DNA from: Candidatus Palauibacter polyketidifaciens
GTDB taxonomy: Bacteria; Gemmatimonadota; Gemmatimonadetes; Palauibacterales; Palauibacteraceae
Assembly (NCBI RefSeq): GCF_947581785.1
Contig: NZ_CANPVO010000006.1
Span: 37,326-101,325, forward strand
Direction: 5' to 3'
Length of the DNA stretch: 64,000 bases
In this document: piece by piece, positions 35,996 to 44,171 of the stretch
Layout of the letters: every line of letters begins with the position of its first letter
Numbering within the stretch: the stretch's first letter is position 1
The notes under the pieces: generated by a model
The model's database searches: none
What the model saw: only the letters and a program-made list of their open reading frames with translations
Told to the model about the DNA's origin: nothing
Position numbers and translations under genes: made by a program

Positions 35996-36048
35996 TATGT
36001 AACATCCATAAACTCTAATGATGATAGGCATATCCGACCTTCAGATCA

Positions 36049-37596
36049 ATGGATAGCATTCCTTACGTGACAGCTTGTACGACGGTGTTCACGACCGAAT
36101 CGGCGCACGCCCGAAAGGTTGTATTCGGGATATGCGCGGTTCTGCTCGCCGTGGGGATCGCGGCGTGCGGGGACGGGAGCACGGACCTTCCTCTGACGCA
36201 CGCTCCGAGGGCCGTCGGCGCGCTTCCCGACCTCGAACTTCCCGTGGGTGAGACGGCGCTGGTGGAGGTGACGGGCCTCTTCAGCGATGCGGACGGGGAT
36301 GTGCTTTCCTATGAGGTTCGGTCTTCGGCCCCCGACGTGGTCGCGGCGGAGGTGTCGGGCGGCACCGTGCGGCTGGTCGCCCTGGCGCGCGGGATGGCTA
36401 CGGTGACCGTCACGGCGCGCGATCCCCAAGGCCGGGCCGTCGCCCTCCGGTTCGAGGTCACCGTACCGAACGTGGCGCCGGTAACGATTGGCGCGATCCC
36501 CGATGTCGAACTTCGGGTCGGAAGTGCGGAGCTGCTCGCCGTATCGGGCTTCTTCTCCGATCCGGACGGCGACGCGCTACGCTACGAAGCCACGTCGTCG
36601 CAGCCGGACGTGGCCGGGATCGACGTCTCGGCGGACACCGTCACGGTAACCGCCCTCGCGGCGGGAACGTCGACGGTGACCGTCGCGGCGCGCGACCCTG
36701 GCGGGCTGGGCGCCGAACTGTCGTTCGCCGTGGAGGTCCGACCGGGCCGCAGGTTCGACATCGAGGTCCGCTTCGACACCACGGCTGCCGAGCCGTGGCG
36801 GGCCCCGGTCCTCGCGGCGGCGGAACTGTGGATGTCGGTGCTGGCCGATACGGAACTGCTCGAGGTTGCGGTCGACGACCGCATTGAATGTTACGGCGCG
36901 AGCACGGCGGAGCCGGTCGGCACCATCGATGACCTGATGGTTCTCGTCGAGTTCCGGGAGATCGACGGTCCGGGCCGCACGCTCGCCCAGGCCGGCGTGT
37001 GCCGCCTGCGCGAAGGGTCAATGCTGCCGGTCGCGAGCGTGGCGTTCTTCGATGTGGCGGACATCGACCGGCTCATCGACTCCGGCGACGCGGTGGAACT
37101 CGCGGTTCACGAGATCGCGCACGCGCTCGGATTCGGCCTGCTGTGGCGCCCTCTCGGTCTCCTCCGGGATCCCTCCCTGGGCGTGGGAGCGATCGACGCG
37201 CATTTCGTGGGTCCCGGGGCCATCGCCGCCTTCGACGCGGCGGGCGGCACGGACTACACGGGCGGGGCGAAGGTCCCCGTCGAGAACCGCGGCGGAGCCG
37301 GGAGCGCGAACCTCCATTGGCGGGGCTCCGTCCTCCGGGGGGAACTCATGAGGCCGCTCAACAGGATCGGAGTCCGGGAGGCCCTCAGCGCGGTCACGAT
37401 CCGGTCGCTGGCCGACCTGGGTTACGCAGTCGACGCGAGCCAGGCGGAGCCGTACACGCTCCCCGGCGTTGGCGCCGCGGACGAGAAACCCGGCCGCGTG
37501 GTCGACCTGGGCGACGATGTCCTCAGGGGGCCGGTGCAGGTCGTCGATTCGGCCGGCCGCGTCGTGCGCGTGCTCCGCGACCGTTCGCCGGAGTAG
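36049..37596 (+). CDS. lipoprotein with two tandem Ig-like domains and a leishmanolysin-like (M8) zinc-metalloprotease domain
   Basis: Lipobox LAVGIAAC. Two domains of about 90 aa are homologous (PDLELPVGETALVEVTGLFSDADGDVLSYEV... and PDVELRVGSAELLAVSGFFSDPDGDALRYEA...). HEIAHALGFG is HExxHxxGF. Confidence 0.7.
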   Translation: MDSIPYVTACTTVFTTESAHARKVVFGICAVLLAVGIAACGDGSTDLPLTHAPRAVGALPDLELPVGETALVEVTGLFSDADGDVLSYEVRSSAPDVVAAEVSGGTVRLVALARGMATVTVTARDPQGRAVALRFEVTVPNVAPVTIGAIPDVELRVGSAELLAVSGFFSDPDGDALRYEATSSQPDVAGIDVSADTVTVTALAAGTSTVTVAARDPGGLGAELSFAVEVRPGRRFDIEVRFDTTAAEPWRAPVLAAAELWMSVLADTELLEVAVDDRIECYGASTAEPVGTIDDLMVLVEFREIDGPGRTLAQAGVCRLREGSMLPVASVAFFDVADIDRLIDSGDAVELAVHEIAHALGFGLLWRPLGLLRDPSLGVGAIDAHFVGPGAIAAFDAAGGTDYTGGAKVPVENRGGAGSANLHWRGSVLRGELMRPLNRIGVREALSAVTIRSLADLGYAVDASQAEPYTLPGVGAADEKPGRVVDLGDDVLRGPVQVVDSAGRVVRVLRDRSPE

Positions 37597-37607
37597 GTTC
37601 CGTCCCG

Positions 37608-37637
37608 TTGACCGAACAAACCGCGGATTCCTATGCT
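37608..37637 (+). promoter_or_regulatory. candidate sigma-70-type promoter for the RND/P450/methyltransferase run
   Basis: TTGACC (37608-13), an 18-bp spacer, then TATGCT (37632-37), 38 nt upstream of the adaptor gene ATG. Consensus-based guess only. Confidence 0.3.
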
Positions 37638-37674
37638 CAAGCTGGCGCTCCTCGACTCCATGGGATAAGGCACA

Positions 37675-38895
37675 ATGCTGCGCAGATTGCTGTTCGGATC
37701 CAGTCTCAGGATCATCGCCGTGATCATCGTCGGTACGATTGCGGTCGCGGCACTAATGCTCTCGCTCGCCCCCGAACCGGAGAGCCAGGAGCCGCCCCCC
37801 CAGATCCCGTTTGCGCAAACGGCCGGCGTTGTGGCCGGATCGGGCGCGATACCCGTGTTCGGATCCGGCACCGTGCGGCCAAGCGAGGAGATCGATGTCG
37901 CACCCCAGGTGGGCGGCAAGGTCGTCTGGGTCAATCCGCGGTTCCAGAGCGGAGGGCGCGTCGAGGCGGGCCAGACGCTCTTCCGCATCGAAGAAGCCGA
38001 CTACGCGTACCGCGTACAGGTAGCGGAAGCGAACGTCGCGGCAAGCCGCGTCGCCTTCCTCGAGGAACAGGAACGGGCGAAGATCGCCAGCGCCCAGTAT
38101 GAACTGTACTCGGAGCGGCGCGAGACGGGCCCCCCGCCGTCGGAGGCGAGTCCGCTCACATTGAGGGAGCCTCAGCTGGAAGCGGCCAGCGCCGCGCTGA
38201 GCCGGGACGAAGCCCGGCTTGAGGAGGCGAGGCTTGCGCTCTCCAGGACCCAGGTCACCGCGCCGTTCGATGGCTTCGTGCGCGAGGAGTCCGTCGATGC
38301 GGGGCAGGTCGTGAACCCCGGGCAGCCCGTCGGACGCCTCTTCGCTTCGGAGGCGGTGGAGGTCGTCGTTCCCCTCTCCGACGCCGACGCCGCCCTGGTC
38401 CCCGGATTGTGGGGGCTCGAGGCAGGCGACGGAGCACGGGACGTAGCGGCCCGTGTGATCGCCCACTACGGGGAGGTGATGTACGCCTGGGAGGGTTACG
38501 TGGATCGGGGTGAGAGTTCCGTTGACGCGCAGACACGCACCATCGACGTGATCGTGCGCGTGCCGGACCCGTTCGACCCAAGCGCGCGGGCGGGCCCGTC
38601 CGCCGCGGTCGGGAGCGATCCTCCGTTGCTGGTCGGCAAGTTCGTGGAGGTGGAGATCGAGGGACTCTCACCGGAGGACTACTTCCGGATCCCGCGAGCG
38701 GCGCTGCAACCTGGCAACGAAATCTGGACGGTTGACCGCGACGGCGTCGTGAACATCGTTCCGGTTCAGGTGCTGCAACGCGCCAACGATGCAGTGTTCG
38801 TCACCGGTGCCCTGCGAGGCGGCCAGTCGGTAGTCACCGGTGGACTTCAGTTCGCCACCGAAGGGATGCGCGTCCAGACCGACCCGGCGCGATGA
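37675..38895 (+). CDS. efflux RND transporter periplasmic adaptor (membrane fusion protein)
   Basis: N-terminal TM segment. GTVRPSEEIDVAPQVGGKV and the coiled-coil region VAEANVAASRVAF...L..A...L....V.APFDG are HlyD/MFP-like. Confidence 0.9.
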   Translation: MLRRLLFGSSLRIIAVIIVGTIAVAALMLSLAPEPESQEPPPQIPFAQTAGVVAGSGAIPVFGSGTVRPSEEIDVAPQVGGKVVWVNPRFQSGGRVEAGQTLFRIEEADYAYRVQVAEANVAASRVAFLEEQERAKIASAQYELYSERRETGPPPSEASPLTLREPQLEAASAALSRDEARLEEARLALSRTQVTAPFDGFVREESVDAGQVVNPGQPVGRLFASEAVEVVVPLSDADAALVPGLWGLEAGDGARDVAARVIAHYGEVMYAWEGYVDRGESSVDAQTRTIDVIVRVPDPFDPSARAGPSAAVGSDPPLLVGKFVEVEIEGLSPEDYFRIPRAALQPGNEIWTVDRDGVVNIVPVQVLQRANDAVFVTGALRGGQSVVTGGLQFATEGMRVQTDPAR

Positions 38896-41800
38896 ATCCC
38901 GACGCGGGTCCCGAACCGGACGACCGCCGCGAGCGGTCCGGCCCGCTCGCCTACATGGCCAGCAACGGCATCGCGGCCAATCTCCTGATGATGGGCATCG
39001 TTGCGGCCGGACTCGTGGCCCTGACCGGCCTCGAGCGAGAAGCCTGGCCCATCACCCCCTTCTACCACATCGAAGTCTCGATGGCCTATCCCGGCGCCAC
39101 GCCGGAGGAGATCGAGGAGTCGATCATCGTCAAGATCGAGGACCAGGTCAGCGGGCTCGATGACGTGAGGGCTGTCAAGTCCCTGGCGGCTCCGGGCATT
39201 GCCTCCGTGCGGATCCAGATGGATTCCCGCACGGACATGGCTCGGGCCCTGGACGACATCGAATCCGCCGTCAATCGTGTCCAGTCCTTCCCGGCCGGAG
39301 CCGAACGTCCGCGTTTCCAGGAGATGGACAACCGCTTCAGCATGATGCGGCTCATCGTCCACGGCGACGTCTCCGAGCGCTCGCTGAAGGAACTGGCGCA
39401 TCGGATCGAGGACGACCTTGCCGCGCTACCCTCCGTCTCCCAGGTCGAGGTCAGCGGGGTCCGGAACTACGAGATCTCCATCGAGGTATCGCTTCACCGG
39501 CTCAGAGCCCTGGGACTCTCTCTCACCGACGTTGCCGGGGCGATCCGCCGCAGTTCGCTCGACCTGTCGGCCGGAAGCATCGACACGCGGGAATCCCAGG
39601 TTCGAGTGCGGACCCTCGGGCAGAACTACGACCAGCAGGACTTCGAGGAAATCGTCCTTCTCAGCGGCCGCGACGGCACGGTCGTGCGCCTCGGCGACAT
39701 TGCCGAGGTCCGCGACGGGTTCCAGGAGGCAGACCTGATCGTCCGCCATCAGGACCAGCCCGCCGTATTCGTCGAGGTTTACCGGGCCGGTGGCGAGCAG
39801 GTGATGGATGTGGCCACGACCGTCCGTCGGCACCTGGCGAACGAGGTGATCCCGGCCTTGCCGGACAGCGTGGGCATCACCCTGTGGAACGACGAGTCCC
39901 AGGCCTACGAGGAGCGCGCCGATCTTCTTCTGAAGAACGGATTTCTGGGTTTGTTGCTGGTGTTGGTCGCACTGAGCCTGTTTCTACAGGTTCGGCTTGC
40001 CCTGTGGGTCGCCGTGGGCCTCGCCGTTTCGGGTGTAGGCGCCCTCGCCGCCATGATGGCGTTCGACGTGGCGATCAACACCATCAGCCTCTTCTCCTTT
40101 GTCCTCGCCATTGGGATCGTCGTTGACGACGCCATCGTTGTGGCCGAGCACATTCAACACGAACGCAATCAGGGAACCCCCGGGGTCGCGGCCGCGATCC
40201 GCGGCGTCCGGCGGATCAAGGTGCCGTTGACGTTCGCCGTCCTCACCTCGGTGGTGGCTTTCGTCCCGTTGTTGTTCATCCCGGGCGGTGTCGGTGACGT
40301 GTGGCGGGCCCTGCCGATCATCATGATCGCCATGCTGCTGTTTTCGCTGGTGGAATCGCTGTTCGTCCTGCCGAACCACCTGTCCCACCTGCCCGGTCCG
40401 GAATGGGTGCCGGGCAATGCCTTCGACCGATTCTTCTCGCGACTCCAGAGTCGTGTCGACGCCCAATTGCAGCGGTTCATCCAGGGGCCCTTGGACCGGG
40501 CACTGCGGTTTGCCACGGCCCGGCCCGGGGTGACGATGACGGGGGCCGTTGCAATGCTCGTGCTGAGCATTTCCCTGTTGCCCGCGGGAATCGTCCCCAC
40601 CACGCTGGCCGACGACGTGGAGGGCGATATCGTGACGGTCGTGTTGGAGATGCCCGATGGGGCCACCGCTCCGAGAACGTACGAGGTCGCCCGGGAGCTG
40701 GAGGCCGCGGGCCACCGGGTCATCGAACAACTCTCTCGAAGCCGGCCCGCGGACGCGCCGCCGCTGCTAACCGGCGTCACCGTGACCGTCGGACTGGGAT
40801 CGAGAATCGAGGGCGGACTCAACCCGCAGCCCACCCTCAATCCGCAGGCCAATATCGCCACCATCGAGTTCAAGCTCCTCGGTGCGCAGCAGAGACGGAT
40901 CTCCACCGGAGAAGTCGTGCAGGCGTGGCGCGAGGAGGTGGGTGTGCTGCCCTACGTCCGCGGCATCACCTTCAGCGGCGAGATCTTCACCCTGGGGAAC
41001 CCGGTCGAGGTCGTACTGTCGCACCCGGACCCGGAGCGGCTCGCCGGGATCGCCGGCTCGGTGGTCGACGGACTCCGCAGCGTGAGAGGCGTCTACGACA
41101 TACGGTCGGATCACGCCCCGGGGATCCCGGAAGTTCAGCTGGAGTTGCGGCCCGAGGCGCGGACCCTCGGTCTCACCGTGCAGGAGTTGGCGGGACAGGC
41201 GAGGGCCGCGTTCTTCGGCGCGGAAGCCGTCCGGGTGCAGCGCGGCCGGGAAGAGGTACGAGTCTATGTTCGGCTGCCCGCGGAAGAACGAAACTCGATT
41301 ACCGATATCGAAGGCTACCTGCTCCGTACGCCGGGCGGGGACGAGGTGCCGATGGTCAGTGTGGCGTCGCTGGTCCCGGGCGTTTCGCCATCGGCCCTCC
41401 GGCGCAGGGACGGCCAGCGCGTCGTCACCGTCACCGCCGATGTGGACGCCTCGGTGATCTCAGGCGACGAAGCCAACGAGATCCTGGCCGGTTCGATCCT
41501 CGCGGACCTGGCCGCGGCGTACCCGGGCCTCACATACACGTTCGGGGGCGAGCAGCAGCAGCAGCTGGAGTCGATCGACGCGCTGTACCGCGGCTTCGCG
41601 GTCGCTCTGATCCTGATTTTCGCGCTCCTCGCCATCCCCCTCCGTTCATATACCAAGCCGTTCATCATCATGGCCGTCATCCCCTTCGGGTTCATCGGCG
41701 TGATCCTGGGCCACTGGATCCTGGGAGTAGCTCTGAGCGCCGTCTCCTTCATGGGGATCTTCGGTCTGAGCGGCGTGGTGGTGAACGATTCCCTGGTCAT

Positions 41801-42098
41801 GATCGACTTCATCGATCAGAAACTCCGGGAGGGCGTCCCGCCGCGAACCGCGATCATGGAGGGGGCAAAAGGGCGTTTTCGTCCGATCATGCTCACTTCC
41901 CTGACCACGTTCCTCGGCTTCACCCCCCTGATCCTGGAGCGCGCCATCCAGGCCCAATTCCTGATTCCGTTTGCCGCGTCACTCGGTTGCGGCATTCTCT
42001 TCATCACGGCCATACTCATGATGGTAGTTCCGGCGCTATGCACGTTGCATCTGCGCTTGATGCCGTCGCGGCGTCCTTCGATTCCGAACGCCGCGTAG
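38892..42098 (+). CDS. efflux RND transporter permease (AcrB/HAE-type, 1068 aa)
   Basis: ATGA overlap with the adaptor gene. Twelve-TM RND layout with two large periplasmic loops. GIVVDDAIVVAEHI and VVNDSLVMIDF are the conserved TM4/TM10 motifs. Confidence 0.9.
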   Translation: MNPDAGPEPDDRRERSGPLAYMASNGIAANLLMMGIVAAGLVALTGLEREAWPITPFYHIEVSMAYPGATPEEIEESIIVKIEDQVSGLDDVRAVKSLAAPGIASVRIQMDSRTDMARALDDIESAVNRVQSFPAGAERPRFQEMDNRFSMMRLIVHGDVSERSLKELAHRIEDDLAALPSVSQVEVSGVRNYEISIEVSLHRLRALGLSLTDVAGAIRRSSLDLSAGSIDTRESQVRVRTLGQNYDQQDFEEIVLLSGRDGTVVRLGDIAEVRDGFQEADLIVRHQDQPAVFVEVYRAGGEQVMDVATTVRRHLANEVIPALPDSVGITLWNDESQAYEERADLLLKNGFLGLLLVLVALSLFLQVRLALWVAVGLAVSGVGALAAMMAFDVAINTISLFSFVLAIGIVVDDAIVVAEHIQHERNQGTPGVAAAIRGVRRIKVPLTFAVLTSVVAFVPLLFIPGGVGDVWRALPIIMIAMLLFSLVESLFVLPNHLSHLPGPEWVPGNAFDRFFSRLQSRVDAQLQRFIQGPLDRALRFATARPGVTMTGAVAMLVLSISLLPAGIVPTTLADDVEGDIVTVVLEMPDGATAPRTYEVARELEAAGHRVIEQLSRSRPADAPPLLTGVTVTVGLGSRIEGGLNPQPTLNPQANIATIEFKLLGAQQRRISTGEVVQAWREEVGVLPYVRGITFSGEIFTLGNPVEVVLSHPDPERLAGIAGSVVDGLRSVRGVYDIRSDHAPGIPEVQLELRPEARTLGLTVQELAGQARAAFFGAEAVRVQRGREEVRVYVRLPAEERNSITDIEGYLLRTPGGDEVPMVSVASLVPGVSPSALRRRDGQRVVTVTADVDASVISGDEANEILAGSILADLAAAYPGLTYTFGGEQQQQLESIDALYRGFAVALILIFALLAIPLRSYTKPFIIMAVIPFGFIGVILGHWILGVALSAVSFMGIFGLSGVVVNDSLVMIDFIDQKLREGVPPRTAIMEGAKGRFRPIMLTSLTTFLGFTPLILERAIQAQFLIPFAASLGCGILFITAILMMVVPALCTLHLRLMPSRRPSIPNAA

Positions 42099-42132
42099 TG
42101 CACGTCGACCGCGGCAAGGCGAGAACCGACGA

Positions 42133-44160
42133 ATGACGGTGGAGAGTCTGAAGGTCGAATCCCTGAGCCTCGTCGACGAACTCATCCTGATGCTTCTCGA
42201 CGAGAAGGGAGGCTACTTCCATCAGGTCCCCGGCTGGCAACTGAACTGCGCCGTGGTCGGCGGGGTGCTGGCGGAACTCTCCTTCCGGTCGCGGCTCGAC
42301 TCGGACCTGACATCCCTGTACGTGGTGGACCGGGACGAAACGGGCGATCCCGTCCTGGATCCCATTCTGAAGGAGATCGCGGACGAACCGGTCCAACGCA
42401 CGGCCCGGTACTGGGTCGAACGGCTCGCCCCCCGCGCGGAGTCGGTCGTCGACCTGACCTTGGATCGCCTGGTTCAACGGGGGATCCTCCAACACCACGA
42501 CGGGGAATTCTGGACGCTGGCTCCCCCCGTCATGCATCGGCAGCAGTACGGGATGTTCGAGGAAGACGCGACCGACCAGTTCATCAAGGCGCGCATCGGC
42601 AACGTCATCTTCGCCGACGAGGTTCCCGAACCGAGAGACGTCGTCATCGTCTGCCTCGTCAACACCTGCGACGTCTTTCGCCTGATCTTCGAACTCGATG
42701 AAGCGGCGGAAGAGCGCATCAAGTGGATATGCCAGCTGGACCTGATCGGCCGGTCCATCGCCGCTGCGGTCTCCGAGAACCTCGTCGGCCCGATTCGCAG
42801 ACATGCTCCTCTCGCCAAGAAGATTCCGACGGTTTCGCTGACTAGGCTGCTGCGCAACCCGCATGTCCGAGACGGCAACCTGAACGCGCTCTTCGGAAGC
42901 CTCGCGGAGGAGTACGGTCCGGTGTTCCAGATCCGGCCTCCCTTCTCGGAGCGCATGATCTTCCTGGCCGGACTCGAGACGAATGAATGGATGCAGAAGC
43001 GCGGGCGCATGTACCTGAGAACCAGGGACTACTTCGCCGACTTCGAGAAGGTCTACGGCGCGGCCGGCGTTCTGCCCGCCCTTGACGGGACCGACCACTT
43101 CCGGCTTCGCAAGTTCCTGTCGCCGGCCTATTCCCGCACGAGGCTGGCGGGGCAGCTGGACGAGCTCTACAGCAGGGGGCGAGCGTACATGTCGACGCTG
43201 GCGGTCGGGGATTCGTACCGCGCCACGTCCATGAGCCGGGCAATGGTGAACGCCCAGCTATCGCCGCTGTTCATCGGCGTCGACACGCAGGATCTCATGG
43301 GCGACCTGATGGTCTATAAGGAGCGGGCCCTCAGCGTGCATATTGCCAGGGTCCTGCCCGAGTTCACGCTGCATACCCCGGGTATGAGACGTCGGGCGGC
43401 CGTCCTGGAGACGCTGATGAAGCGGATCTTGAGCGTCCATACTCCGGCCCAACGCGTGGACAGCCAACGGAACCTGGTGGACGACTACCTCAGCCTGCAT
43501 GCCAGCGACCCGCAGTTTCTCCCGGAGTCCAACCTGCTCTTCGCTTTTTCCGCGGCCCTGATTGCCAGCGTGTACCTCGGTGACACGTTCAGCCTCGTCG
43601 TCTACGCCATGGCGTCGCAGCCCGCGCTCTACGAGAGGATCCGCGCCGAAGCGGACGCGCTGTTTGCCAGCGGTGACCCCGAAAAAGAGGACTTCACCCC
43701 GGCCAACATCGACGTGACGCATCGCTTCCTCATGGAGTGCATGCGCATGTACCCGATCGTGCCCATGTCTGTTCGGAACGTGATGAATACCTGCACGGTC
43801 GAGAACTACGAGTTACCCCTGGGGGAACGGATCCACATCGCCATGACCGCCACGCACTACATGAGCGACGTCTTTCCCGAACCCCACAAGTTTGACATCG
43901 ACCGCTTCCTGCCGTCGCGCCGTGAGCATCATAGCCTCGGGTTCGCCCCGTACGGGCTGGGTACGCACAAGTGTCTCGGCACCCGCTGGATGGAGATGCA
44001 CCTGGCGGCCAACCTGTTGATGCTGGCGCACTACTTCACGATCGAGGTGTCGCCGGCGAAATACGCCCGGAAGCTCCGCTTCAATCCGGTTCCGTCGCTG
44101 AAGCCGAGCAAGAAGGTCAGGTTCCGCATTACCGAGCAGAGGCGGGAGCTGCCCGCCTGA
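42133..44160 (+). CDS. fusion protein: N-terminal GPP34/GOLPH3-family domain + C-terminal cytochrome P450
   Basis: Residues about 10-215 read LSLVDELILMLLDEKGGYF....LNCAVVGGVLAELSFRSRL....TGDPVLDPILKEIA...RTARYWVERL....LDRLVQRGIL, which is the GPP34 pattern. The C-terminal region has ExxR (ECMR) and the heme loop FAPYGLGTHKCLG (Cys codon 43972-74). Confidence 0.85.
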   Translation: MTVESLKVESLSLVDELILMLLDEKGGYFHQVPGWQLNCAVVGGVLAELSFRSRLDSDLTSLYVVDRDETGDPVLDPILKEIADEPVQRTARYWVERLAPRAESVVDLTLDRLVQRGILQHHDGEFWTLAPPVMHRQQYGMFEEDATDQFIKARIGNVIFADEVPEPRDVVIVCLVNTCDVFRLIFELDEAAEERIKWICQLDLIGRSIAAAVSENLVGPIRRHAPLAKKIPTVSLTRLLRNPHVRDGNLNALFGSLAEEYGPVFQIRPPFSERMIFLAGLETNEWMQKRGRMYLRTRDYFADFEKVYGAAGVLPALDGTDHFRLRKFLSPAYSRTRLAGQLDELYSRGRAYMSTLAVGDSYRATSMSRAMVNAQLSPLFIGVDTQDLMGDLMVYKERALSVHIARVLPEFTLHTPGMRRRAAVLETLMKRILSVHTPAQRVDSQRNLVDDYLSLHASDPQFLPESNLLFAFSAALIASVYLGDTFSLVVYAMASQPALYERIRAEADALFASGDPEKEDFTPANIDVTHRFLMECMRMYPIVPMSVRNVMNTCTVENYELPLGERIHIAMTATHYMSDVFPEPHKFDIDRFLPSRREHHSLGFAPYGLGTHKCLGTRWMEMHLAANLLMLAHYFTIEVSPAKYARKLRFNPVPSLKPSKKVRFRITEQRRELPA

Positions 44161-44171
44161 GCCCCCCCGAT

